Positions 24,957-37,125 of a DNA stretch of 64,000 nt are shown here, one piece after another. Made by a program: the position numbers and the translations under genes. Under the pieces are notes generated by a model. It searched no databases. It saw only the letters and a program-made list of their open reading frames with translations, and was not told the DNA's origin. Origin of the DNA: Leucoraja erinacea (Eukaryota); contig NC_073406.1 of the NCBI RefSeq assembly GCF_028641065.1, forward strand, positions 124,001-188,000. The letters are read 5' to 3'. The first letter of the stretch is position 1. The number at the start of each line of letters is the position of its first letter.

Positions 24957-26565
24957 GGAGAAACATAGACAATAGGTGTAGGAGTAGAGGCCATTCGGCC
25001 CTTCGAGCCTGCACCGCCATTCAACATGATCATGGCTGATCATCCAACTCAGTATCGCATCCCTGCCTTCTCTCCATACCCCCTGATCCCCTTAGCCACA
25101 AGGGCCACATCTTGCACACCGCTCTCTCCCATCTCGACAGCCAGAAGGGGGGCTACGTGAGGATGCTGTTCATAGACTACAGTTCAGCCTTCAACACGAT
25201 AGTCCCCACCAGACTGGCCGGGAAGCTACTGGAATTGGGGCTCAACACCTCCCTGTGTGCCTGGGTCCTGGACTTTCTCACCGCCAGGCCCCAGGTAGTC
25301 AAGATGGGAGGGAACACATCGAAGTCCCTCACCCTGAGCACAGGATCGCCCCAGGGTTGCGTCCTCAGCCCCCTATTGTACTCCCTGTACACACATGACT
25401 GTGTGGCTAGGTTCAGCACCAATTCAATAATTAAGTTTGCTGATGACACTGTGGTGGTGGGCCTGATCTCAGACAATGATGAGAGGGCCTACCGGGAGGA
25501 GGTGGCTGATCTAGCACTCTGGTGCCAGGTGAACAGCCTCCTCTTGAACATCAAAAAAACGAAGGAGCTGATCATGGACTTTAGGAGGGCACATCATCCG
25601 AGGACGTACACTCCATTGAGTATAAATGGTGATCCTGTGGATAGGGTGAACTGTTTTAAATATCTGGGAGTCCACATCTCTGAGGATATGACATGGTCAT
25701 CACACGCCTCAGCACTGGTGAGTAAGGCAAGGCAGCGTCTTTACCACCTCAGGCAATTGCGGAAATTCAGAGTGTCTCCGAGGATCCTCCAGTGCTTCTA
25801 CGCAGCGGCGGTGGAAAGCATCTTGTCCGGGAACATTACCATCTGGTTCGGGAATTGCTCTGCCAAGGACAAGAAGGCTCTGCAGAGAGTAGTGCGTTCG
25901 GCCGAACGCACTATGGGAACTTCACTCACCCCCCTGCAGGAACTATACAACAAGAGGTGCAACTCCAGAGCAAACAAAATCATGAGAGACCTCTTCCACC
26001 CCTGCAACAGACTGTTCCAGCCGCTGCGGTCAGGCAAACGCCTCCGTTGCCATGCAGTGAGAACGGAGAGGCTGAGAAGGAGTTTCTTCCCAGAGGCAAT
26101 TCGGACTGTAAACGCCTATCTCACCAGGGACTAACTGTACAGAACGTTTTTCCTTCTATTATTTATTACGTAAAATAATATGTGTGTTAAGATTGTGTTT
26201 ATAATTTGTTTGGTTGTTTTGTTGTTGCGCGAGCATTGCCACTTTCATTTCACTGCACATCTCGTATGTGTATGTGACAAATAAACTTGACTTGACTTGA
26301 CTTGACTTGACTAACTCCCTCTTAAATATAGCCAATGAACTGGCCTCAACTACCTTCTGTGGCAGATAATTCCACAGATTCACCACTCTCGGTGTAAAAA
26401 ATGATTTTCTCATCTCGGTCCTAAAAGACTTCCCTCTTATCCTTAAACTGTGACCCCTTGTTCTGGACTTCCCCAATAATCTTCCTGCATCTAGCCTGTC
26501 CAACCCCTTAAGAATTTTGTAAGTTTCTATAAGATCCCCCCTCAATCTTCTAAATTCCAGCGTGT
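24957..26565 (-). mobile_element. CR1 3' fragment split by the Rex/Babar insertion
   Basis: 24957-25112 and 26311-26565 join to give the same sequence as 43185-43600. Confidence 0.85.
25112..26311 (+). mobile_element. Rex1/Babar-type LINE, 5'-truncated, with uninterrupted RT C-terminal ORF; nested in a CR1 fragment
   Basis: 340-aa ORF with [42 protein letters not shown] and [14 protein letters not shown] followed by a (CTTGA)n tail at about 26280-26311. Confidence 0.9.
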
Positions 26566-26626
26566 AGGTACCATGACTGAACCATGTTGAACCAAGTGAG
26601 GTACCAGCGACAGAATGGACACTTAC

Positions 26627-26716
26627 CGGATCAATAAAAGTGACTCCAAAGATTTCATTGGCAAAGTACAGCAGCTCCTTCTCCAAGAGCGAGTTGGCGA
26701 TGTACGTCTGAATGTC
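26627..26716 (-). CDS. P3H1: P3H1 exon 6
   Basis: cag|DIQTYIANSLLEKELLYFANEIFGVTFIDP|gtaagt; 90 bp. Confidence 0.95.
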
Positions 26717-27344
26717 CTGAGGGAATTAACACTGGTCAGTAAAGCTCAGAAACCCACAGAATTCAGACAAGAACATGAAGTCATTGGACACAAGGGATGC
26801 CTTAGGACCATGGCTCCCCTGACATGAGCTTGGACTTGGTGGGTCAGGGATCAACAGCCATAAATTAGCAATAGATGCTGCCAGACTGGAATAAGTGTAC
26901 AAAACTATTAAAACATGTCTGACTTTATTGTCCACATGTGGTGCAGTGTGCATGGAGTGCAAGGGTAACAATCAGGTCTCGCTAATGTCAGAAGGAACTT
27001 CAGATGCTGGTTTACACCAAAGATAGACACAATGCTGGAGTAACTCAACGGGTCAGGCAGCATCTTTTGAGAAAAGAAATAGGTGACGTTTTGGGTTGAG
27101 AATCTGATGATGGGTTTGTGTCTATAATCAGGTTGCTCACAGTTACTGTCAACAAAGGGACTCACACCACTCACTCATGATACCCTCTGGAGTATCATTT
27201 CCATATTGTGGACTCAATCAGTTCTATCAGACATTATGATATTGTTCAGAAGGATTGTGGCCACAAAGCAGCTATCTGAATACTACAGGTTTATTCAGGT
27301 AAATTTGAGCAAGGTGAAACCTGTGGGAGGAGTTGACCTATCTC

Positions 27345-27590
27345 AATGCGTGTGTGATCTACCTGCCTACCTGTGTGTGGTCTACCTGCCTACCTGTGTG
27401 TGGTCTACCTGCCTACCTGTGTGTGGTCTACCTGCCTACCTGTGTGTGATCTACCTGCCTCAATGTATGTGGTCTACCTGTACCTGTGTGTGTGATCTAC
27501 CTGCCTCAATGTATGTGGTCTACCTACCTCCCTGTGTGTGATCTGCCTGCCTCAATGTATGTGTGGTCTACCTACCTCCCTGTGTGTGAG
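27345..27590. repeat. Minisatellite of about 22 bp overlapping the P3H1 exon 5 donor
   Basis: (ggtctacctgcctacctgtgtgt)n. Confidence 0.92.
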
Positions 27591-27715
27591 ATGTCTGGAT
27601 AACTCGTCTCCCAGCACTGCCTGGTAGTACTGCAGGTTCTGGTTCATCACTTCATCATTTGGATAGAAGAGCAGGTATGTCTTGGTGCATTCTATGGCCT
27701 GGGAGTAATTCTCAG
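27576..27715 (-). CDS. P3H1: P3H1 exon 5
   Basis: cag|(S)ENYSQAIECTKTYLLFYPNDEVMNQNLQYYQAVLGDELSRHLTHRE|gtag; 140 bp. Not in the ORF track; translated by hand. Confidence 0.95.
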
Positions 27716-28709
27716 CTGAAATTAGAGTACAGACAAATCATTAAGATCTGAGTTCCAAGAATGAGAATAAGCATCGTACAAAACAGGAAGACACACACAA
27801 CAAAACTCTTTTTAAATCTTAATATTCCATCTGATAACAGGAAGACACAGTTTCCAAACATATTTATATGATTATTGCAAATGTTACTCAATACCCACCC
27901 CAGCGTTTACCTGAAAATCTCAAATATGTCTAATCTAAATCAGTACCAATCATCCTGTCCTGTACAAGACCATTGTAGATGCATTTGCCATTAGCCATTT
28001 GTCATTTTGATTTTATTGGTTCCACTATTAAAGTTTGTAGCTTTAGCCCCACAGAGGTTTCCTGCTCAGAATGGGAGCTCTTGATTCAGCAAAGACCAGC
28101 TTAACTCACCCGCCTGGACTATCAACTGGAATGTGTTTCCTCCCGCATATCAAAAGTATGGTGGTTGCAGGTTAATTGCCAACTGTAAATTGTTCCTAGT
28201 GTGTAGGTAAGTGATAGGATCTCAGAAGAATTGATGGGAATTTGCAAAGAATTAAAAATGTAGTATTGAAGAGTTGTCCAGACACAGGGAGGTTTGTAAA
28301 CTCTGCACATATTACTCCCGTAGGGTACTTGACGCTTATCATGTGGGTTGAGGGACCTGTCTCCATGCTGTATCTCTTTGTGACTTCATGGAATTGGTGC
28401 CCAGACATGGACGACTTTATACAATAAGATACATAATGTGAGCATACGAGTCTGTGAATGTTTGCCCCGTAACATCCAGGATTAGCGCACATGCCCTTGC
28501 AACTTTCTTTGAGGTTAAAGTCAAGTCAAGTCAAGTTTATTTGTCACATACACATACGAGATGTACACTGTACTCCAAGTCCTGCTCACGTTCCGTTCTA
28601 AGCTGCCGGGAAGGGAATCCCTCAGGGTTTGAGGAAGCAAAGACATTCCCAGCACTTTTGCAACTCAACTTGTCCAAGCCCAGTGACGAAGAAAGGTGAA
28701 GGCACTTAC

Positions 28710-28841
28710 AGTTATAATAAGCAAACTGAAGGTAGTCAAGGTGTGTGGGGAGGAAGTCTTCAATGGGTGCTTCTCTGTCGGGGCGTATGGCCAGCTCAGT
28801 CACACAGTTCTGCTTGCAGCCTAGAACCTGAATATAGTGAT
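28710..28841 (-). CDS. P3H1: P3H1 exon 4
   Basis: DHYIQVLGCKQNCVTELAIRPDREAPIEDFLPTHLDYLQFAYYN|gtaagt; 132 bp. Acceptor is tttgag. Confidence 0.95.
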
Positions 28842-28914
28842 CTCAAAGGAGACAGCAGAAGATGGATGTCAATGCACTGTAACGCACCAATTTATATACA
28901 TACTAGTCTATAAG

Positions 28915-29890
28915 ACCATTAGACATAGGAGCAGAATTGGGCCATTTGGCCCATCAAGTCAACTTTGCCAATCAATCAGAGCTGATCTATCTATCTATCT
29001 ATCAACCCCATTCTTCTGCCTTCTCTCCATAACCTTTGACACCCTTAATAGTCTTAGATTCTATTGGAACCTAGAAGCAAGCCCTTCGACATAACTTGCC
29101 CACACCAACCAACATGTCCCATCTACATGAGTCCCACCTGCTTGCCTTTGGCCCATATCCCTGTAAACCTGTCCTATCCATGTACCTAAATGTTTCTTAA
29201 AGGTTGCAATAGGACCTGGCTCAACTAACTCCTCCAGCAGCTCGTTCCATTCGCTCACCACCCTTTGAATGAAAATGTAACCCCCTCAGTTTCCTATTAA
29301 ATGATTCCCTCTTCACAAACCCATGTCCTCTGGTTCACCATTACCCTTCTCTGGGTAAGAGATTCTGTGTGTCTACCTGATCTATCTTCTCATGATTTTC
29401 TACACCTCAATAAGATTACCCCTCATCCTTCTGCACCCCAAGCAATAGACTTCTAGCCTGCTCAACCTCTCCCTATAGCTCAGGCCCTCAAGTCCTGGCA
29501 ACATCCTCGTAAATATTCTCTGCACCCTTTCCAGTTTGACAAACTCTTTGCTAAACGTGAACACAATACTCTAAATGTGGCCTCGCCAACGTCTTATACA
29601 ACTGCAACATGACCTCCCACCTTCTATACTCAATACCCTGACTGATGAAGGCCAATGTGCCAAATGTCTCTTTGACCACCCTGTCTACCTGTGACACAAC
29701 TATGCTCTACAAAGCTCCCCAGAACTCTACCATTCATTGTGTAGGTTCTGCCCATGTTGGGCTTCCCAACATGCAACACCTCACATTGCCATGAACCATT
29801 CCTCAGCCCACCTGCCCAACTGATCAAGATCCTGCTGAAATTGTTGACAATTTTTGGTTCCAAATGAGATTCCATAATCTGCAGCCTGTC
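28915..29890 (-). mobile_element. Degenerate CR1-type LINE 3' portion(s)
   Basis: Reverse-complement match to 23000-23800; WNELLEELVEPG and QQDLDQLGRWAEEW remnants. Confidence 0.8.
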
Positions 29891-29917
29891 GGAAGGAGAT
29901 AGCAAGAGTGAAAGTAC

Positions 29918-30107
29918 CTGTTATGGCTTGGTAGAGGTCTGCATTGTATTCCATGTAATTGTACCCATCAAAGTTGTATGGACCTTCACAAAGTGCCCGG
30001 CACTCAGCATTGGCTTTGAAATACTCCTCCAACGCATTCTCCAAAAAACGGATCGAATGTTTAAACTGCTCATCAGTGTAAAGCCGGACCCCCTGGCGGA
30101 AAGCTTC
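29918..30107 (-). CDS. P3H1: P3H1 exon 3
   Basis: cag|EAFRQGVRLYTDEQFKHSIRFLENALEEYFKANAECRALCEGPYNFDGYNYMEYNADLYQAIT|gtac; 190 bp. Confidence 0.96.
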
Positions 30108-31244
30108 CTGAAGAACAAAGATAACAGCTTGTGATCAATCACAATGGTTATAATGGTATATTTGACCCAACCAACAGCACATGATTCACAACTGCTTCAG
30201 ATATCTGATTCAGTGATTTCTGTTTATATTCCCCATGCGGACCAAGGTGCCCTATCTACAATAGTCCCACCTGGTTGAATTTGGCCCAAATCCCTCTAAA
30301 CATTTCTTAACCTCATGGTGAATCATTACCATTGGCATATTCCTGAGGCTTGAAATGCTTCAAGGAACAACCAGGTTGGTGCCGGCTGGCTGGAGTTACA
30401 CGTCAGTCAACAGCTGGGGGTGAGTGTTGTTCCTTCTCTAATGAGAGTAGTTTGATGACAATCTAACAGATTTACAAATCCATAATTTCTGGGTTATTAT
30501 TCTAGGTTTTTGGATTATTAACCCAGAAATGTAATCACAGATCTAGTGATCCTGCTCTGCCTTTCAGTCAGGTAAAGGCTGACCCACTACCTCAACTACA
30601 TCCTTCTTTCTCCTACCTTGGTTCCAAAAGTCAATCATTTGGAAAATACTCAATAACTAAGCTTCCTTAAGGTGTAAGAAGGAATGGGTGATATTTTGGG
30701 TCGAGACCCTTCTTACCCTAAAGCATCCTTAAGGCACAGGTGGAAAATTGCGAAGATATTTAACCATGAATTAGAACATTCTTCTTCATCTCAAGCCTAA
30801 ATATTGCTTCCTTACTCTGAGTTCCAGACGAGGGAATCAACCCTCAGCAGTTACCATGCCACCTTCCCACAGACCTCCATGGAAGGGCCATTTGACCCTT
30901 TGACTCTCTGCTGGCCCTTAGAGCGATTTAATTGGCATTCCCCCACATTTCCCTGTAACCTATTCTCTCTCACACCTCCAGTAATTTGGGGAAAATTACA
31001 GCAGCAATTATCCTAGAAACCAGCAGATCTTTGGGATGTGGAAGGAACCTGGATCGCCATTGGGGAACCCCGGGAAGAGAACGTGCAAGCTCCTCACAGA
31101 CAGCATAAAGATGGCTGGAGAAGCTGTACTACCCGCTGTGCCCTGGATTGGCATCATATTACAACCACCCTGGACTACAGCTTGCTAGTTGCAATCTCGC
31201 ACTAGTGGACCTTTTAGTTTGGTAGACCAGTCATGTATCATTAC

Positions 31245-31397
31245 CATATGGGCTTTAGCTTCCAGATCCTTAAAGTCAGCATCCTTCACGCCAGCCATCA
31301 TCTTGTAATACTCCAGGTTTTGTCTCATCTCTAGGTGATCCGGGTTTACCATGAAGAAGGTGTGAGCAGCAGCAACAGCCTTGTCCAACATCTTGAT
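31245..31397 (-). CDS. P3H1: P3H1 exon 2
   Basis: cag|IKMLDKAVAAAHTFFMVNPDHLEMRQNLEYYKMMAGVKDADFKDLEAKAHM|gtaa; 153 bp, phase 0. Confidence 0.96.
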
Positions 31398-32150
31398 CTG
31401 ATGTGAATAAAGAGACATAACAAGGGAATGCAAAACACAGACATGGTTAGTCAGCAGCTGAAGGAGCAGCACGGAAGCAGCATGTTGACATAAGGATTAG
31501 TAGATGTTGGAACATCGAGCAAAACATAAAGTGCTGGAGAAACTCAGCAGGTCAGGCAGTATCTGTGAAGGGAATGAACAGATGACTCTTCTTAGAATGC
31601 AGGTGAATGGTGGAGTAGTATGAGGTGAGTATGATATGCAGGGATTGGGTGTATTTAGAAGATGGCAGCGTTAATGAGGGGGTTGTGGTCCTGCCAAGTA
31701 AATTCATCAAAGATTCCCAAAAGAAATGGCTAATGCCTGCTCCAGACTACAGGTTTCTACAGGAGTCTAATCATTCACAGAAGGCAGGCTGATTACAGGG
31801 CAGTGTTGCAGTAGCTTGGAATTTTGTTTCCGCCCTTAGGCTTCTGTTGATGTACGTCCTAACCTGTCACGTGAATAAGCTCTGCAGCAGATGTCCAGGA
31901 CTATGGTTTATGCATAAGGAAATAAGTAGATGGATTGCAATTGTATTTTTACAAAAGTTAATGGACGAGTTGATTTCCAAGGATACTTTTCCAATTTAGG
32001 CTTTGTCTCAATACTAAGTCAGAATATCCCAGTGCACCAAACATCCCAGGTATAGACTCAAAACCTGCTCAGACTAGAAACTCCAGACAACATTTGTTTG
32101 GAAGAGAGATTACACAGAAGAAAAAGATTGGAAACAACAAGTTTCAATAC

Positions 32151-32258
32151 AGGGTTTCATTGCCTATTTCCTTCGCTCCATAGATGCTGCTGCACCCGCT
32201 GAGTTCCTCCAGCACTTTTGTCTACCTTCAATTTTCCAGCATCTGCAGTTCCTTCTTA
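32151..32258 (+). mobile_element. Penelope-derived short repeat with perfect 15-bp TSD
   Basis: aacaagtttcaatac at 32136-32150 and 32259-32273. Confidence 0.8.
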
Positions 32259-34366
32259 AACAAGTTTCAATACTTTTGTCATTTTCTAGTTCAATATAAT
32301 GAACCCCGGGAATGTTCTGGAAATGTGTGTCGGTGTCAGAACAACAACCTAGCCCTTAATGTCAGCGAGGTGAGGAGGTGGGGGGAGGAGGAGGGTGGGG
32401 GGGAGGGGGATGAAGAACACAATCCTGTCCTCCTCAATGGAACTGCTGTAGAGATGGTCAACAGCTTCAAGATGTTGGGCCCATGAAGAACTGGGCACTA
32501 TCCACCATGTTTTGTAATCTTCTGAGGTCCTGGGCATTCAAGTTGCTGAACTAGGCCATGATGCAACCAGTCTACTGTGTACCTGTAGAGTTTCAAGAGA
32601 GTGTTGACAAATTGAATCTCCATAATCTTCTCAGGAAGTAGAGGCATTGATGGACTTTATTTACAATTGCATCAATATGGTGGGTCCAGGACAGATCTTC
32701 AGATATATGCACACACAAGTACAGTGTATGTACTTTCTGAGGGCAATAGGGGCTTGTTTGTGTGCTGAGCTGTTTGAGAACTCTGACAAGATTTGGCACT
32801 CCATGTGCATCCTGTAAAGCTTGTACTGTGTGCTGTAGAGAGTATGCTGGCAGATGCATCTCAGTCTGGTCTGCCAACTGCTCTGCTCTGGGCCACCTGA
32901 ACCTACAGAGAGTGGTGGACACAGCCCGGTCCATCACAGATTGGTCCCTTCCTTCAATCCAGGATGAGACGGCTGGAAGTACTGTCATGGATGCCCGACA
33001 CCCTGGCCATTCCCTTTGGTCTCATCTACCATCTGGGAGAAGATACAGGAGGTTGAAAGCCCAGACATGCAAAGATAAGAACAACTTCTTCCCCACTCTC
33101 CCGAGGTTGTGAAAGTCATGGTTCAGCTCGACTGGACTTGGTCATTTGGACAATTGTGTGCAGTTCTAGTCACCCTGTTCCAGGATGGATGTGGAGGCTT
33201 TGGAGAGGCTGCAGAGGAATGCCCGGATTACAGGGTAATTGTTATTAGAGGCAGGACAAATTAGGTTTTTTTTCTCTGGGATTTTGGACAAAAGGCTATA
33301 AAACTATGATTGAGTAGGCAGTTCAGATCTTTTCCCCATAGCTTTATGATCAGAAGGGAAAAGTTTAAAGGAGATGAACAGGCCAAGGTTTTATTTTACA
33401 CAAGAGAGCGGTGGGGATGTGGGCGGCGTGGCCTGGGGTGGTGGTGAAGGCTGGTACAGTAGTTGTGTTTAAGAGACCCTTAGATAGGAACATGGATATG
33501 CAGAGAATGGAGGAATGGACCACATGCAGGCAAGGGAGATAAGGGCCGAATGGTCTGTTCCTGTGGTGTTCCATGATCTATGACACTACACCAATGTATG
33601 GTCTATCTTTCATCTTTTTAATTGTATTAAAGACATAATTTATCAAAAGATGATGTTAATACTGCAATAAAAAGGGGATGATGGACATGTTGTAAAACTG
33701 TCAAATGTTACAGTAAGAAACAAAGTATTAAAATGATACAGAGTTGACAAAAATCCAGTGTTGGAAGTATAATTATCATGTGGTCGCTGTCTGGGGAAAG
33801 GTTCTGTGAACAATGACTTCCGTCAGACACTCACTGGGAGGTTTGTTCCTGCAGAAGAGAAAAGGGGAGAGAGGGAGGAGGTGGGGAAAGAGGGAGGGAG
33901 GTGGAGAGAGGGAGGGAGGGAGAGAGAGGAGGGAGGGAGGTGGGGAGAGAATGGGATGGGAGGGAGGGAGGTGGAGAGAGAGAGGGAGCGGGAACTTCAG
34001 CTGACAGAGAGGGAGGGAGGGGGGGAGAGAGTGGGAGAGAAGGAGGGAGGGAGGTGGAGGCCAGCTACAGAGATAGCAGTAGGAGGGCCCAGCTAAGCTT
34101 TGCAGCTGACACCCGCAGTAAATCCAGGTTTACGTGGCACTTGGGAGAGGCGGACAGCGCCTCACTATTAACACACCGGGAGAGGGTATGTGGGGGTGTG
34201 TGTGCTTAGAGGGGCCAGCTACAGATCCTACAGCAGTAGGATCTTTGGGCCCAGCTACAGCTTTTGCAGTTTTGCGATCATGATTGTGCAGTAAATGTAG
34301 GTGTGGGCAGGTTTGTGTAACCGGTGGGTGACGTGTGGTGAGTGTGCGTGTGGGGGTGCGCCTCAC

Positions 34367-34618
34367 NNNNNNNNNNNNNNNNNNNNNNNNNNNNNNNNNN
34401 NNNNNNNNNNNNNNNNNNNNNNNNNNNNNNNNNNNNNNNNNNNNNNNNNNNNNNNNNNNNNNNNNNNNNNNNNNNNNNNNNNNNNNNNNNNNNNNNNNNN
34501 NNNNNNNNNNNNNNNNNNNNNNNNNNNNNNNNNNNNNNNNNNNNNNNNNNNNNNNNNNNNNNNNNNNNNNNNNNNNNNNNNNNNNNNNNNNNNNNNNNNN
34601 NNNNNNNNNNNNNNNNNN
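34367..34618. other. Assembly gap
   Basis: Run of 252 N. Confidence 1.
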
Positions 34619-35167
34619 TGTGTGGGTGGGGGCGTGTGTGTGTGGGCGAGGAGCAGACTCAGGCCGGCCGTGTTTAATCTAATGCATGAATGTTGTAACC
34701 CACAACAAACAGACATTGTGTAGAGGATTCACATTCATATGGAATGGAAATGAGGAGCAAGGGGAACGCTAGAAACTGATATTTGGTACTAACTTTGCCG
34801 ATAAACGGTGTTAAACCGCTAAATGTGATTTATCTGCAGCCTGTGGGCCCCACTAACCCCTGCCTGGCTCTGCGAGGTTCATTCCTAACATCCTCCATTA
34901 CTGCCCAAACATCTTCAACATCTGCTGCTGATAAAGACACTGTGTGAAAGCTGGTTGGTGGATGACGCCCCTGCCTGTCCCATCCATTTACTCCTTCAAA
35001 GTGTCTGAAGCAGCAACCGAGGAGATACCAGAACCGGCAAGATTCCGTGTTGGTGAAAGTTTAAAAATCCCATCCTATATTAAGCTGCCAATACACTAGT
35101 GTTTTCTGGGTGAGGGTGAACAACACCAATGATAGATGGGAATCGATGGAACAAGGGAAGTTGTTAC

Positions 35168-35611
35168 CTTGAAGTAAGCCACTTGTAGGTAGTTATAAGG
35201 TGTCCTCTTGTGGAATTCCAGTTGCACTTCCTCGGAGATGTGGTGGAGGGAATGTGGTCCCAGCCTCTCCCCCTCGCACACCTTCAGACAGTCCGCCTTC
35301 CTTAACACCGTGTGGAAGTAATTCATGTCCATGAAAAGGTCGTGGCTGCTGTTGGCGATGCTGAACTTCATCTTGTGGCTACACTCGGCCCGACAGTGTA
35401 TCTTTGCCCGGCGGAGGGCTGCCCGGTTCTGCAGTGCCCTCTCCATGTTGAGAATCACCCCTTGCCAGTCGTCGCGGTAGTAGGCATCCACTGCCATGCT
35501 GAATAACCGGTCATAGGGCTCCAGGGGTAGTCTGTCTGCCATAGAGTCAGCGCTGCCCACTCTGGCTGAGACCAGGGCCAGGAGGGTAAGGCAAGCGTAA
35601 CACACGGCCAT
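35168..35611 (-). CDS. P3H1: Prolyl 3-hydroxylase 1, coding exon 1 (signal peptide and start of the CRTAP-like/TPR region)
   Basis: ATG at 35611 in context aacATGg. Translates MAVCYACLTLLALVSARVGS...AVDAYYRDDWQGVILNMERAL...HKRTPYNYLQVAYFK. GTAA donor at 35167; 444 bp. Confidence 0.95.
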
Positions 35612-35821
35612 GTTACTGAGAGAGGGGCCAGGGTGAAATGTGAACTGGAGAGACTGCTTCCTCTGAGCGAGGAGCCGGCCTGTCACTTCCCTGCCGCCCA
35701 TGGGCAACTTTTTCAACGTGGAACGCAACTTGTAAAGTGTTCAATCTCAAAGCAGGGGGAGGCGGTGGTTTTATAAGGAGCAACGATTTCTGGGAAGTTA
35801 AAAGTTTCTGTAGGCAGTTCC

Positions 35822-36001
35822 TTCTCCTCCCAGATGCTCAGTGGGTGTGCTCAAATATCCCGTTAAAAACCATCACTCCGCCCCCTCCCCCAGTCTGGAT
35901 CCTAGTCTGTGTTCTCCTCCCAGATGCTCAGTGGGTGTGCTCAAATATCCCGTTAAAATCCATCACTCCGCCCCCTCCCCCAGTCTGGATCCTAGTCTGT
36001 G
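35822..36001. repeat. 90-bp tandem duplication upstream of P3H1
   Basis: 35822-35911 and 35912-36001 are near-identical; each contains a CCGCCCC box. Confidence 0.95.
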
Positions 36002-36103
36002 TATGTCTGTCTGTCTCACTACTGTAGTGTAAAGTGAACACTCACTTTCAACACTTTCTTCACAACTTGCTCTGTACATAACTGTACTGACGACTAATAG
36101 AGC

Positions 36104-36260
36104 CACAGAGTGCTTGAGTAACTCAGCGGGTCAGGCAGCATCTGTGGAGAACATGGATAGGTGACGTTTCACAGAGTGCTGGAGTAACTCAGTGGGTCAG
36201 GCAGCATCTGTGGAGAACATGGATAGGTGACGTTTCACAGAGTGCTGGAGTAACTCAGCT
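36104..36260 (-). repeat. 66-bp tandem array of a Penelope-derived repeat fragment
   Basis: (cacagagtgctggagtaactcagcgggtcaggcagcatctgtggagaacatggataggtgacgttt)n, about 2.4 copies. Confidence 0.9.
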
Positions 36261-36831
36261 TCCCCAACCTACCCCGTCTGATTATTACTGGGTTCCAAAT
36301 CCTTGGGACAGTCCACGATGAACAGATACCCCACCTGAGTGCTGTGTGAATGACAATAGACAATAGGTGCAGGAGTAGGCCATTCGGCTCCAATCAGTAC
36401 CCCGTTCCTGCTTTCTCCCCTCCCCTGACTCAGCTATCTTTAAGAGCCCTATCTAGCTCTCTCATTAAAGCATCCAGAGAACCCCCAGCCCCCGTGTGGC
36501 CCCCAGCAACATCACGGTGGCAATCTGCTTCTCTCTCTCTCTGGTATCCTACTGTCCACAGACCAGCATCATCTCCCTTTGCTGCCCGGTTCCCTGGAAC
36601 ATGGGCTGCAATGTACAGGTTACACTGGGACACGCGTGTGGGACATTGTGTGGACAGTGTGTGGGACAGGTGCAGGGCACCCGGCCGCGTTGTGTGTGTG
36701 TGTGACATTACAGTGTGTGTGGGGGGGGGGGGGATGACGCTTCACACGGCGGGGTGTTCTGTGACATCGGACACGGGAGGTTCGGGCCCCATGGACAGTG
36801 TGCGGGACATGACAGGGCGGGCGGGGCACTG

Positions 36832-36872
<41 letters not shown>

Positions 36873-37079
36873 GAGGAGGGGAGGGGGGGGCATTGGGCGG
36901 GTTGAGGTTCCGGGTCGTTGTGTTGCTGAGCTGAGGGCGGGACGTGACCGCTTGTGTCGGACAGACGCGGGGACGGGGACAGGGATCAGGGGGAGCGGGC
37001 AGCGGGGGGCGGGGGGGGGGGGGGGGGGGGGTGAGTAGAGAGAGAGAGAGGGGCCGAGTGGCCGGGTCGTGGCCACAAC

Positions 37080-37125
37080 ATGAGCCGGGGGGGCGATGGT
37101 GAAGAGGAGTCGCCACCAGCCGCGG
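37080..37125 (+). CDS. C1orf50: C1orf50 ortholog (DUF2452 family), coding exon 1
   Basis: ccacaacATG in a CpG-rich region; MSRGGDGEEESPPAA+G|gtaagg. Phase 1 matches exon 2, and the five exons total 600 nt (199 aa plus stop). Confidence 0.8.

Larger units (their letters stand above)
35612..37079. promoter_or_regulatory. Divergent promoter region between P3H1 and C1orf50
   Basis: Start codons face away from each other 1.47 kb apart. TATAAAA on the minus strand at 35769-35775; GC boxes at about 35878 and 35968; CpG-rich segment at 36.6-37.25 kb. Confidence 0.7.

Noticed and set aside
26159-26686. 175-aa ORF fusing P3H1 exon 6 to CR1 sequence
   Set aside because: Read-through past a strong gtaagt donor at 26626 into an intronic CR1; no evidence for a chimeric protein.
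34301-34723. ORFs spanning poly-X
   Set aside because: Artefacts of the N gap.
35714-35721. caACGTGG as an ER-stress (UPRE-like) element upstream of P3H1
   Set aside because: Only a partial match to TGACGTGG and too short to support.
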